DNA from: Flavobacteriales bacterium
GTDB lineage: Bacteria; Bacteroidota; Bacteroidia; Flavobacteriales; BACL11
NCBI GenBank assembly: GCA_018664745.1
Contig: JABJNS010000065.1
Coordinates: forward strand, 1 to 50,587
Length of the DNA: 50,587 nt
Reading direction: 5' to 3'
In this document: one piece after another, positions 9,455 through 19,642 of the stretch
Layout: each line of letters begins with the position of its first letter
How positions within the stretch are numbered: the stretch's first letter is position 1
The notes under the pieces: generated by a model
The model's input: only the letters and a program-made list of their open reading frames with translations
The model's database searches: none
What the model was told of the DNA's origin: nothing
Position numbers and translations under genes: made by a program

Positions 9455-10753
9455 ATGAGAAAATTACTTTTAATATTATTATGCTCAATATTGTATGGAT
9501 ACAGTAATGCACAATGCAATACCCCTTCAAATCCTTATAGCTCAAATATCAATTATTATAATGCTGACGCCAACTGGAGCTCTCAAACAAATGTTTATAA
9601 TTATAAAATCCGCTATAGAATTTTAGGAACAAGTTCATGGTTGTATAAAAATAATATTGACTCATTAGCTGTTTCAAAAAACATTAACAATCTACAGCCT
9701 CTTACTAGTTATATATGGCAAATTCGATCATACTGTGACTCCACAGGAAGCAATTATTCGCAATGGTCAGCTACCGATACATTTTATACAAATACTCTAA
9801 ATTGCCCTACAATTACAGGGCTTTATTCCAATAACATTTACTACAATGAAGCTGATGCTAATTGGAGTACTACAGCTGGAGTAAACAGATATAAAGTTCA
9901 CTATCGAATTTTAGGAACTTCAAGCTGGTCTAATCTAGGATTTATTGATTCATTAGATAACTCTGTTACTATTCCCTTATTACAGCAATCCACAACATAT
10001 GAATGGGAAATAATGGCATATTTTGACAGCACTTACCTACAAGCATCTCTATGGTCATCCCCTGATACTTTTACAACAACAACATTTGTTGCAGCACCAT
10101 TTAACCCAATTATCACAAATAGTATTGACAATCCAATTTGCAATACTGCAACAAATTTATCTTTATTTGCAAGTCAAAGCCAAAATGAGCCAGATATTGG
10201 AACATCAACAATAACTTCTGATGGAGGTTATTTTGATATTCAGTCCTTATCCATGGGTGATTCAGTAGGATTTGCTATAATGAACACGAGTACGCAAACA
10301 ATAGACGCAACATTGAAAGTCGGTATCATTGCTGGACAGAATTACGCCACAATTTATTCTTACGACATTACAGGTAGCCTTATAGGCTTCTTTGCGATAG
10401 AAAATATAAATGGAGGGATAAAAGTTAGCTCAAGCTCACCAAATGACGGAAATAACTACACTAGTGGATTTACTAGTGAAATCCATTTTACCAATCTATT
10501 CATCAACCCAAACATTAACGGCCCTTTGCATTTTTACACTGATATTCAATCGGAATTAAGTGATCAGTTTAATGACACAACAAGCATTTTAATATCATGT
10601 GTTAATTCAATTTCAGAGAATGAAAAAATAAATAATTTAGACTTTGAAGTTTATGATCTATTAGGAAGAAAAACTGATTGGAAAGAAAATACAATACTTA
10701 TCTATAAATATTCAAATGGTGAGGTAAGAAAAATATTCACTACAAAACAATAG
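9455..10753 (+). CDS. Secreted protein with two fibronectin type III repeats and a short T9SS-like C-terminal signal
   Basis: Sec signal peptide (..SNA/Q), two ~92-aa repeats with W..Y..YR..G...W and L...T.Y.W motifs, tail YDLLGRK...G...K. Confidence 0.75.
   Translation: MRKLLLILLCSILYGYSNAQCNTPSNPYSSNINYYNADANWSSQTNVYNYKIRYRILGTSSWLYKNNIDSLAVSKNINNLQPLTSYIWQIRSYCDSTGSNYSQWSATDTFYTNTLNCPTITGLYSNNIYYNEADANWSTTAGVNRYKVHYRILGTSSWSNLGFIDSLDNSVTIPLLQQSTTYEWEIMAYFDSTYLQASLWSSPDTFTTTTFVAAPFNPIITNSIDNPICNTATNLSLFASQSQNEPDIGTSTITSDGGYFDIQSLSMGDSVGFAIMNTSTQTIDATLKVGIIAGQNYATIYSYDITGSLIGFFAIENINGGIKVSSSSPNDGNNYTSGFTSEIHFTNLFINPNINGPLHFYTDIQSELSDQFNDTTSILISCVNSISENEKINNLDFEVYDLLGRKTDWKENTILIYKYSNGEVRKIFTTKQ
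9515..10075 (+). repeat. Tandem intragenic FN3 duplication (aa 21-112 and 117-207)
   Basis: Shared blocks ADANWS, YRILGTSSW, IDSL and WS..DTF.T. Confidence 0.85.
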
Positions 10754-10827
10754 TGACCTAGGAGGGATTCGAACCCCCAACCGTCAGAGCCGAAATCTGA
10801 TATTCTATCCAGTTGAACTACTAGGCC
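10754..10827 (-). tRNA. tRNA-Arg(TCG); CCA end not encoded
   Basis: Acceptor stem GGCCTAG/CTAGGTC, D-arm AGTTCAACTGGATAGAAT, anticodon stem TCAGA/TCTGA with loop TTTCGGC, T-loop GGTTCGAATCC. Confidence 0.96.
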
Positions 10828-10834
10828 TATATTG

Positions 10835-10842
10835 CAAAAGTA
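10835..10842 (-). promoter_or_regulatory. -7 promoter box (TACTTTTG) for the tRNA
   Basis: Exact match 7 nt upstream of the mature tRNA 5' end. Confidence 0.7.
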
Positions 10843-10919
10843 ATCTTTAATTAAGTATTACAATTTTTTTTCTAATAAGAAGTTATCTGATTGTATTATA
10901 GTATTATTGCTTTTGAATT

Positions 10920-13103
10920 ATGAAAAAATTATTATTTCTTCTATTTCCTTTATTTATCCAGGCCCAAGATGTACCAATTGGTTTTTGGAAAGATTATCAA
11001 TCCTATACTAATACAAGTTATATTACTCAAGCTAAAAGCAAAATATATTGTGTTACAAATGGTGGTTTATTTTATCTGAACAGGGATGATAATACACTTA
11101 ATCGCTTATCAAAAGTTACAGGACTTTCTGATATTGGAGTTAAAAAAATTGCCTATTATGATTCGTCAGAAACAACCATCATTACCTATGAAAATTGTAA
11201 TATTGATTTAATAAAAGAAGGAAGGATAATAAATATTTCTGATATCAAACGGAAAGAAATTATTGGAAACAAACTGATAAATAATATAACTATCAAAAAA
11301 GGCATTGCATATCTATCCTGCACCTTTGGGCTAGTACTTTTAGATCTAGAAAAGGAAGAAATAAAAGACACCTATAGAATAGGAGAGAATGGTAACTTTG
11401 TAGGAATTAATAGTTGCGCTTTTAATGAGCAAAATATTTTTGTAGCTTCTGAAGATGGTATTTATTCAGCCGACATACATTCCACTAGTTTATTTGATTT
11501 TAATAGTTGGGAATTAGATACTAATAGAACTGAAAATTATTGGAATATTTTTTCAATTGGAGATTCTATCTGGACTGGAGATTCTAACTCGTTTTACAAC
11601 AACAATTTACTTTTCATAGCCAATAATGATACCGTATTAATTTATGAAAACCTACTAACAAATCCAGATACTCTTATTGATAATAAGCTAAAATACATTC
11701 AATACATATATCATGATATTGAGGAAAATACCTGGATAGCAGATAGCGAAAATGGACTTTTACAGTTTATTAATTTTAATTACCAAGGAAACTTTATTCC
11801 TGAAGGGCCAACAATAAATGATACATACAGTTTAGAATATGAAAATAATACGCTTTACATGTGTCATGGAGGGCACATTAATTTTAGTTCACAAGGAAAA
11901 ATATATGATGGCGTTTCAATAAGAAAAAATTATGATGAATGGATAAATTATAATTACACTGCTATTGGAATAGATGTATTGGAAGTTGCTGTTAAAAATG
12001 GAACTGAGTACTATGCTTCATGGCGAGATGGATTATCTGAAATAAAAAATGGAGAATTAGTTATACGATATGATAATGACAATACAAATGGAGCACTAGA
12101 AACTACAGGGAGCTCAAATAATAGAATAAAAATTTCTGATTTGAAGTTTGATGATAATGGAAATTTATGGGGATTAAACTCAGAAGTTAATCATCCTTTA
12201 TTTGTAAAAACAAAAGATAATGAATGGTTTTCATTCGGCATGAACCAGGATAGACTTGGGCTTTTTTTTGACGACCTAATTATTGATCAATATAATCAGA
12301 AATGGGGAATACTAGGAAGGGGAGGATTATTTGTTTACAATGATAATAGTACAATTTCAGATGCTAATGATGATCAATATAAGATACTAAAAAATTCAGT
12401 TGGACAAGGAAATCTTCCTTCAATGGGAGTATATTCTATAGCTGAAGATTTAGACGGAGAGATATGGGTAGGAACCGATAAAGGCATTGGAATTTTCTAC
12501 AACCCTTCAGCAATTTTTTCAGGAAACAATTTTGATGCCCAACAAGTACTTATTCAAGAAGGAGATTACGGTCAATATTTATTAAGTGAAGAAAAAATAA
12601 AATGCATCACAATAGATGGTGCAAATAGAAAATGGATTGGAACTGAAAAAACTGGTGTTTTCTTAATTTCAGAAGATGGAATGGAGGAAATACAACACTT
12701 TACAGCTGAAAATAGCCCATTATTTTCAAATAATATTTATGATATAACGATTAACCCTGAAAATGGGGAGGTATTTATTGGTACGGAAAAAGGACTAATA
12801 TCATATCGTTCTGATGCAACTACAGGAGTAAAAACACAAGAAGAAACTCATGTATTTCCAAACCCTGTAAGAGAAACATATAATGGGCCTATTGCTATAA
12901 ATGGACTAATTACCAATGCAAATATTAAAATCACTGATATTGATGGTAATTTAGTTTTTGAAGATTTTGCAAAAGGAGGGCAAGCAATTTGGAATGGTAA
13001 AAACAAGAATGGAGAAAGAGCTTCCACAGGAGTATATTTAGTTTTCAGTACTGATATTAATGGATTAGAGAAGATGGTTAGTAAAATTCTTTTTGTTAAA
13101 TAA
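10920..13103 (+). CDS. porZ: T9SS component PorZ (beta-propellers plus type A C-terminal domain)
   Basis: IG.WKDY, LSKVTGLSD, DGANRKWIGT, FTAENSPL.SN, C-terminal domain VFPNPVR...STGVYLV; directly upstream of recO. Confidence 0.88.
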   Translation: MKKLLFLLFPLFIQAQDVPIGFWKDYQSYTNTSYITQAKSKIYCVTNGGLFYLNRDDNTLNRLSKVTGLSDIGVKKIAYYDSSETTIITYENCNIDLIKEGRIINISDIKRKEIIGNKLINNITIKKGIAYLSCTFGLVLLDLEKEEIKDTYRIGENGNFVGINSCAFNEQNIFVASEDGIYSADIHSTSLFDFNSWELDTNRTENYWNIFSIGDSIWTGDSNSFYNNNLLFIANNDTVLIYENLLTNPDTLIDNKLKYIQYIYHDIEENTWIADSENGLLQFINFNYQGNFIPEGPTINDTYSLEYENNTLYMCHGGHINFSSQGKIYDGVSIRKNYDEWINYNYTAIGIDVLEVAVKNGTEYYASWRDGLSEIKNGELVIRYDNDNTNGALETTGSSNNRIKISDLKFDDNGNLWGLNSEVNHPLFVKTKDNEWFSFGMNQDRLGLFFDDLIIDQYNQKWGILGRGGLFVYNDNSTISDANDDQYKILKNSVGQGNLPSMGVYSIAEDLDGEIWVGTDKGIGIFYNPSAIFSGNNFDAQQVLIQEGDYGQYLLSEEKIKCITIDGANRKWIGTEKTGVFLISEDGMEEIQHFTAENSPLFSNNIYDITINPENGEVFIGTEKGLISYRSDATTGVKTQEETHVFPNPVRETYNGPIAINGLITNANIKITDIDGNLVFEDFAKGGQAIWNGKNKNGERASTGVYLVFSTDINGLEKMVSKILFVK

Positions 13104-13810
13104 TGAAATACAAAAGTAGGGCTATTGCATTAAGCTATCTAAAACAAGGGGAAAGCTCTATTATCTCAAAAATATTTACTGAAGAAAAAGGATTACAAAG
13201 CTTCATCATAAAAGGGGTAAGGTCAAAAAAATCAAAAAAAAACCTAGGTCTTTTCCAAGCATTACAGCTAGTAAATATAAATGCAAGTTACATACCAAAA
13301 AAAAATCTTCAGTACATAATTGAAATATCCTTAGAGCAGAATAAAATTCATAGTGGAATTGATATGACAAGAAAATTTCTTGCTATTTTTGTTGCTGAAG
13401 TTCTTTCAAAAGTTCTCATGGAAAGAGAAGATAATAAATTGCTTTTTAAATTTATTTGGGAAATAAAAAAAAGCTTAGATGATTCAAAAAAAATTGACAT
13501 TAACTTTCCTTTAATTTTCTTAATTCGGCTATCTGAATTTCTAGGATTTTCACCATCAAAAGAAGAGAGTAGTGGTCACTATTTTAATATGGAAACAGGA
13601 GAATTTACAAATAATCAATCCGAACTCAATCATTATCTAGAAAAAGAGGATTCAATGTACTTAAAATCTTTACTTGAAAATGAGAAGATTTTAATTCCCT
13701 ATCAAAATAGAAATCATATTTTATTATCTCTTATTCAATACTACAAACTTCAACACCATGAACTTAAAAATATGACTTCTCACTTAATTATTGAATCTCT
13801 AAGAAAATGA
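13103..13810 (+). CDS. recO: DNA repair protein RecO
   Basis: OB-fold start (ESSIISKIFTEEKGLQSFIIKGVR), FL..LS.FLGF.P, YYKLQ; porZ-recO order. Confidence 0.88.
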   Translation: MKYKSRAIALSYLKQGESSIISKIFTEEKGLQSFIIKGVRSKKSKKNLGLFQALQLVNINASYIPKKNLQYIIEISLEQNKIHSGIDMTRKFLAIFVAEVLSKVLMEREDNKLLFKFIWEIKKSLDDSKKIDINFPLIFLIRLSEFLGFSPSKEESSGHYFNMETGEFTNNQSELNHYLEKEDSMYLKSLLENEKILIPYQNRNHILLSLIQYYKLQHHELKNMTSHLIIESLRK

Positions 13811-16119
13811 GGTACTTAACCATTTTATTTATCTTTTTTGGACATAAACTTAACGCCCAAGAAATTATCCTTTTAGATGCCCTTACCGAACTCCCAATTG
13901 AAGGGGTTAGTGTTAGTAGTAAAACTAAAGACTTAGGCGTAATAAGCAATAATATGGGAATTACTAACTTAAGTGTTTTTAGTTCCAAAGAAACTTTAAT
14001 CATTCAACATATAGCTTATCAAAAAATTGAACAAATAAAAAGCTCAATACAGCAAAAAACAATTTTCTTAGTTTTAAAAACACATTCGCTAGAAAATGTA
14101 GAAATAACCGAATCAAAAGAAAGTTTAAAATCAACATTGAAACACCTTAAAATAACTCCCACTATAATGTTAAAATCACAAAGCGCACAAACAAGTGATC
14201 TATTAGAAAAAACCATGGGAGTAAGTATTCAAAATAGTCAGAACGGGGGGGGGAGCCCAAACCTTAGAGGAATGGAGGCAAATAGACTGCTTATTGTTGT
14301 TGATGGAATACCTTTAAACAACACTATTTTCAGAAGTGGACACCTCCAAAGTACAGCTACAATTAATCCTATTTTTCTTAAAGATGCTGAAGTATTGTTT
14401 GGCCCCGCATCAGTGGCTTACGGAAATGGAGCTATGGGTGGAGCTATTCTTTTCAGCACCAAGCGACCAGAAAATAAAAACAGTACGCAATTCACCCAAC
14501 AATATGAGAGTAGTTCAGATGCTGTTTTTACTTCAATAATCTCAAATTATAAAACAAATAATAGTGCTAACATTAGTGGGTTTTCGCTTAAATCATATGG
14601 TAATTTAAAAATGGGAAGCAATAGAAAACATGGATTTAAAAATTGGGGGAAGGAAGCAATAATTACAGAAAATAATATCCAAAAAGGAACAGCTTATCAG
14701 CAAGCTGATTTTTTTCATAAAACTTTATTTAAACTAAGTAATACCAACTTCCTACTCTTTAACTCTCAATTTTCCACATCATCAAATATTAACCGATTTG
14801 ACAAGTTAAATGATATTAAAGATGGAGAACAAAAATATAAAAACTGGTACTATGGGCCTCAAAAAAGATTCTTCCAAAGTGCTAGATTAAAAAATTATTT
14901 TCAAAATTTTGCTTCTGACGAATCCGTATTTACTGTAGCATATCAGAATATTAAAGAATCTAGACACAAACAAAAAAATGGAGATGAGTTACTAAATAAT
15001 AGAACTGAAACTTTACATATTTTAGATTTTAAATCTGATTTTTTAAAACAGTTTAATCGCTTTAAATTGAATTATGGTTTTGATTCTAGATTCCAAAAAT
15101 TAAACTCGACAGCAAACTTATCAGATAAAAACACTCATTTTTATAATACTACTCGCTATCCTGACGGAGGAGCCAATGTTATAAACAATGCTATATATTC
15201 GCAAATTAATCTTGATTGCACAAAGAATTTATTGCTATTAGTCGGAAGCAGATATAGCATCAATTCTTTATCTGCAACATTTCAAGACACTACAGTTATC
15301 CATTTGCCTTTTAATGAAATTCGAGTACATAATAAGTCACTATCTAATTCTCTGCAACTTGTTTATAAATACAATCCTAGTTTAAGGATTAATGGAGCAG
15401 TATCAAATGGTTTTCGAAACCCAAATACAGATGATATTGGAAAAGTTTTCTCAAAAAATGATTTGTCAGTAATAGTCCCTAACAACAACTTATCCCCTGA
15501 AAAATCATTAAATATTGAAACAGGTATTCACCTTAAAATAAAGAATATAATTACCGTGCAATTACAGATATTCCAAACACAAATTACTGATGCAATTGAA
15601 AGGCGTGAAGCGACTTTAAATGAACTTGACTCCATGAATTATGACGGAGAGATGATGAAAATAATGATGAATACAAATATTGGTCGTGCAACAATAAAAG
15701 GGTTAAATTTTGCATATCAACTAAAGATTAATAAACAATTTTCACATAATACTATCATCAATGCATTACATGGTGAAACGGTAGATGGACTTCCACTAGC
15801 TCACATTCCACCAACTAGCATTACTAGCACTTTAAATTATGAGTATAATAATCAAGCTATCTCCTTAAGTACGCACTATAATGCTCTAAAAAAAGCCATA
15901 GATTATGATTTAGGTGGTGTTGACAATTTAGAAGAAGCTACACAAATTGGAAATCCTTCATGGTATACTCTCAGCTTAAAGTATAGTAATAGTCTGGACA
16001 AGAACTTAACCTTTATTGCTGGTATTCAAAATATTATGGATATTCATTACAAAACTTTTGGGTCGGGAATTAGTGCTAGTGGAAGAAATTTTACGCTATC
16101 TTTACGTGCTAATTTTTAA
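13807..16119 (+). CDS. TonB-dependent outer-membrane receptor (heme/hemoglobin-receptor-like)
   Basis: Plug SQ.GGGSP.LRGMEANR.L.VVDG, GPASV.YG.GA.GG, FRNP and NNNL.PE motifs, C-terminal Phe. Confidence 0.88.
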   Translation: MRYLTILFIFFGHKLNAQEIILLDALTELPIEGVSVSSKTKDLGVISNNMGITNLSVFSSKETLIIQHIAYQKIEQIKSSIQQKTIFLVLKTHSLENVEITESKESLKSTLKHLKITPTIMLKSQSAQTSDLLEKTMGVSIQNSQNGGGSPNLRGMEANRLLIVVDGIPLNNTIFRSGHLQSTATINPIFLKDAEVLFGPASVAYGNGAMGGAILFSTKRPENKNSTQFTQQYESSSDAVFTSIISNYKTNNSANISGFSLKSYGNLKMGSNRKHGFKNWGKEAIITENNIQKGTAYQQADFFHKTLFKLSNTNFLLFNSQFSTSSNINRFDKLNDIKDGEQKYKNWYYGPQKRFFQSARLKNYFQNFASDESVFTVAYQNIKESRHKQKNGDELLNNRTETLHILDFKSDFLKQFNRFKLNYGFDSRFQKLNSTANLSDKNTHFYNTTRYPDGGANVINNAIYSQINLDCTKNLLLLVGSRYSINSLSATFQDTTVIHLPFNEIRVHNKSLSNSLQLVYKYNPSLRINGAVSNGFRNPNTDDIGKVFSKNDLSVIVPNNNLSPEKSLNIETGIHLKIKNIITVQLQIFQTQITDAIERREATLNELDSMNYDGEMMKIMMNTNIGRATIKGLNFAYQLKINKQFSHNTIINALHGETVDGLPLAHIPPTSITSTLNYEYNNQAISLSTHYNALKKAIDYDLGGVDNLEEATQIGNPSWYTLSLKYSNSLDKNLTFIAGIQNIMDIHYKTFGSGISASGRNFTLSLRANF

Positions 16120-16189
16120 AGCTCTATCTACAATACACTGAACACATAAGACCAGGTTTATATCGCCTTATCAAAAGGAAAACTAAGTG

Positions 16190-16197
16190 TATCTTTG
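16190..16197 (+). promoter_or_regulatory. -7 promoter box (TATCTTTG)
   Basis: Exact match that overlaps the ORF-track TTG start, so the real start is probably ATG 16216. Confidence 0.7.
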
Positions 16198-16215
16198 GTC
16201 TCTAAAATTTATTAC

Positions 16216-18753
16216 ATGAATAAGCTAGCACTACTTATATTTACATTGTTTATTTCCACTTCATTAACAGCTCAAATTTGGGAAGATGAATTACTAAAAA
16301 CAAATCCAAACCCTACGGTTGAGGAAAAAAGCCAAGCTTTTGAAGAGTATCGCGCTACACACCCTTATACCAAAGGAAACGGCTACAAACCTTATGCTAG
16401 AGAAATAGACTTTAGTTTAGAGCGTAACTTTATAGATTCTGAATTCAAAGCAGATGCCCTATTTATTGAATGGAAAAAAATACAAGAAAAATATTCTCAT
16501 TCCAAAACAAGTACTCAATCAAATTGGATAGCTAAAGGACCTACAAATACACCAATCATTCTATCAAACGGGAAAAAAAGAGGAAATGGTAGAGTGAATT
16601 GTATAGCTTTTGACCCTAATGACCCTGACATAATATGGATAGGATCTCCTGCTGGAGGTTTATGGAAATCTATTGATGGAGGGAGTAATTGGACAACTAA
16701 TACTGATAATTTACCAGTGATAGGGGTTTCTTATATTGCAATTGACCCTATAAACTCACAAAACATGTTAATTGTAACAGGAGATGCTCATGCATCTGAC
16801 ACTTATAGTATTGGTATATTAAAATCAACTGATGGAGGAAACTCTTGGATAACAACAAGTTTAAGTTATAATATTAGTCAAGAAAAAACAATAAACAAAG
16901 TGATTATTAACCCAAACTATCCTGATAGCGCTTATGCAGTTACTAATAGTAATATTATGACAAGTATTGATGGTGGTAATAATTGGACAATTACAGGCCC
17001 TATAGGTAGGTGGAGAGATATAGAGTTTAAGCCTGGTACGCCATCAACTCTCTATGCTGCAAAACAATCAAGTGGAGGTTCAAATATTTATCGTTCAACT
17101 GATGGAGGTGCAAATTGGAGCACTATTAATAACGGAATGACCGGGAGCAGGTACCGTCCTTTAATTGCTGTTACTCCTGATAATCCAAATGTTATTTACG
17201 CACTCTTTTCTGCCTCTGATTATGGATTTCATGGACTTTACAAATCTTCAGATGCTGGAGATAGTTGGATCTTACAATCAAATAGCCCTAATATCTTAGG
17301 AAGAGAAACTGATGGAAGTGGAACTGGGGGTCAATCATGGTATGATTTAAGTTTAGCAGTTTCTACAGCTGATGAAAATCTAGTTTATGTTGGTGGGATT
17401 AATTTATGGAAAACAACTAATGGAGGGAATAATTGGACAATAAATGCAAGTAGTGGAAATGGAAACTACTCTTACATGCATGTTGACCAGCATGCTGCAG
17501 AATTCAATCCACTTAACCATATTGCTTATGCAGGTAATGATGGTGGTTTTTATAAATATATGGACAACCTTAATAAATGGGTAGATATTTCTGATGGGTT
17601 AGAAATTTCACAATTTTATCGCTTAGGATTATCTAAATCCAACCCTGATAGATTAGTTGCTGGTGCTCAGGATAATGGAACAGAAATGCTAACCAATGGT
17701 ACCTGGGATGCAATTATGGGAGGAGATGGAATGGAATGTGCTATTGATCATTATGACCAAGATATTATCTATGCAGAATTCCAGTATGGTGGCTTAAGAA
17801 AGTCTTACAATGGAGGGAATAATTGGAGTAACATAAAACCTGTGAGTTATGATGGAGGATGGGTAACTCCATACAAAATGCACCCTATAAATAATAACCT
17901 AATAGTTGCTGGCTATAATGAAGTTTATCGTTCAGAAACTGCAGGGGCAATATGGGATTCTATTTCTTATAATGTGAGTGGGGGACAAGCAATAAAAACA
18001 ATAGCACTTGCAGAATCTAATGAAGACTACATTTATGCAGCAACATATACTAAAATGAAAGTAACGAAAAATGCTGGCACTACTTGGACTAATATAAAAT
18101 CAGGAATTCCTAACTATAACATAACAGATGTAACTGTTTCAAACAATAACCCTGATAGAGTATGGGTTACATTATCAGGATATGTTAGTGGACATAAAGT
18201 TTATGAGTCAAATGATGGAGGATCAACTTGGATAAATATAACAGCAAATGGATTACCAAATCTTCCTGCGAACTGTATTGTCTATCAAGGAGGAGCAAAT
18301 GACGATTTATATGTTGGAACAGATATTGGAGTGTATTACAAAGACAATACTATGACAGATTGGATACCATTTATGACAGGCCTACCAAATGTAATAATAA
18401 AAGAATTGGAGATTCATTATGATGAAGGAACAATAAGTGCAGCTACTTACGGAAGAGGCATTTGGGAAAGTCCTTTAAACACATTATCTACAAATATTGA
18501 TGAGAAGAAAATTTCTTCTTTTCAAATTCATCCTAACCCTGCAACACAAGAGATAACACTTAATGTTGGCTCTCAAATAAAAGAAAATCTAATCGCTAAA
18601 ATTTATTCCATTACTGGCCAGACTATTATTATTAAAAATATTAATAACAACCGTATAACAATCAATACTTCTAATTTTTCAAAAGGATGTTATATTGTAG
18701 AACTTAGTAATGGTAGTAGTTTCACTAGAAGAGAAAAGCTAATTATAAAATAG
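16216..18753 (+). CDS. T9SS-secreted BNR/Asp-box (VPS10/GH74-like) beta-propeller protein
   Basis: Signal peptide, about 10 SxDGGxxW-type repeats, ATYGRGIW, type A C-terminal domain IHPNPA..IYSITGQ..G.YIV..KLIIK. Confidence 0.85.
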   Translation: MNKLALLIFTLFISTSLTAQIWEDELLKTNPNPTVEEKSQAFEEYRATHPYTKGNGYKPYAREIDFSLERNFIDSEFKADALFIEWKKIQEKYSHSKTSTQSNWIAKGPTNTPIILSNGKKRGNGRVNCIAFDPNDPDIIWIGSPAGGLWKSIDGGSNWTTNTDNLPVIGVSYIAIDPINSQNMLIVTGDAHASDTYSIGILKSTDGGNSWITTSLSYNISQEKTINKVIINPNYPDSAYAVTNSNIMTSIDGGNNWTITGPIGRWRDIEFKPGTPSTLYAAKQSSGGSNIYRSTDGGANWSTINNGMTGSRYRPLIAVTPDNPNVIYALFSASDYGFHGLYKSSDAGDSWILQSNSPNILGRETDGSGTGGQSWYDLSLAVSTADENLVYVGGINLWKTTNGGNNWTINASSGNGNYSYMHVDQHAAEFNPLNHIAYAGNDGGFYKYMDNLNKWVDISDGLEISQFYRLGLSKSNPDRLVAGAQDNGTEMLTNGTWDAIMGGDGMECAIDHYDQDIIYAEFQYGGLRKSYNGGNNWSNIKPVSYDGGWVTPYKMHPINNNLIVAGYNEVYRSETAGAIWDSISYNVSGGQAIKTIALAESNEDYIYAATYTKMKVTKNAGTTWTNIKSGIPNYNITDVTVSNNNPDRVWVTLSGYVSGHKVYESNDGGSTWINITANGLPNLPANCIVYQGGANDDLYVGTDIGVYYKDNTMTDWIPFMTGLPNVIIKELEIHYDEGTISAATYGRGIWESPLNTLSTNIDEKKISSFQIHPNPATQEITLNVGSQIKENLIAKIYSITGQTIIIKNINNNRITINTSNFSKGCYIVELSNGSSFTRREKLIIK

Positions 18754-19642
18754 CTTCCAAGATCTTTAAGTGTTTTCGTTTTCTGCAATTAGGATCAAAA
18801 ACAAGACCAACTGATACTATTATTTTATCACCTACAAAATAAGTTTTAGCTAGGAAAGGACCGCCCATAAATCCTTTTTCTAATTTCCAAATCCCCTTAT
18901 AAATATTATTATTGTAATAAGGAGGGAATTCAGATTCAATTTTTACATATTGCTCCTGTTTAGCTCCTTTCAAATATTGAGCAAGAATACTATCTGTTTT
19001 TTGCAATACTTCTTGTTGAAGATTAGCACTCTTTGGGATAAAAGAAAAAACTAAAAGTTGCTTAATCACCTCTTCTTTATCAGGATTATAAGTTGCCCAA
19101 AAAAGAGTAGATGTATCCTTTAATATTTTATATTCTGACGGAATTAATACCTCAACATTAAAATTATTTTTAATGTTTTCCTGAGCTGTTTGATTAGATA
19201 ATTTAGAAATCTCCTTCCTTAAACTTTTTAATTCTCTCCAGTCAAAAATTGCTTTAATTTTATTTAAATCCTTTTTAAAATTATCTTCCTTATTGTTTTC
19301 ATAATTCAACTGTACAACTAACTGTTCTTTAGCCCATTTATCCTGTTGATTGCTATTCGGTAAATTTTTACCAATAATAAAAATATTTTTATGCGTTTTT
19401 AGTATCGATTTAAACTCAATATGATTTACTTGAACAACTCTAAAAGAAGACTCATTCTGCACTAACCCTAGCAAGGGTGCTGCAAAAGTTTTGCCTACAA
19501 TCTCTTTAATACTCTCATCCCATAATATGTCATCTACAACAAAGATAACTTCTGATAAAGCCCCTGTTGAGCTAGGTAATGTTTTAACTCCATCTGAACA
19601 AGAACTTGCAAGTACTATTAATAGGAATAATAATTTTTTCAT
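18743..19642 (-). CDS. DUF4837-family lipoprotein
   Basis: Lipobox LASSC, LPSSTG..SEV, GL.Q.E..F, G.W....FMGGPF, LEAIL; adjacent to mltD. Confidence 0.75.
   Translation of the reverse strand: MKKLLFLLIVLASSCSDGVKTLPSSTGALSEVIFVVDDILWDESIKEIVGKTFAAPLLGLVQNESSFRVVQVNHIEFKSILKTHKNIFIIGKNLPNSNQQDKWAKEQLVVQLNYENNKEDNFKKDLNKIKAIFDWRELKSLRKEISKLSNQTAQENIKNNFNVEVLIPSEYKILKDTSTLFWATYNPDKEEVIKQLLVFSFIPKSANLQQEVLQKTDSILAQYLKGAKQEQYVKIESEFPPYYNNNIYKGIWKLEKGFMGGPFLAKTYFVGDKIIVSVGLVFDPNCRKRKHLKILEAIL

Noticed and set aside
9292..10760. FN3 gene as an island integrated at the tRNA-Arg 3' end
   Set aside because: No integrase, and I found no duplicate of the tRNA 3' end (GTGACCTAGG) on the other side.
13234..13242. 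A9 run in recO and similar A/T runs as frameshift sites
   Set aside because: Reading frames are intact, and Lys-codon A runs are common throughout the window.
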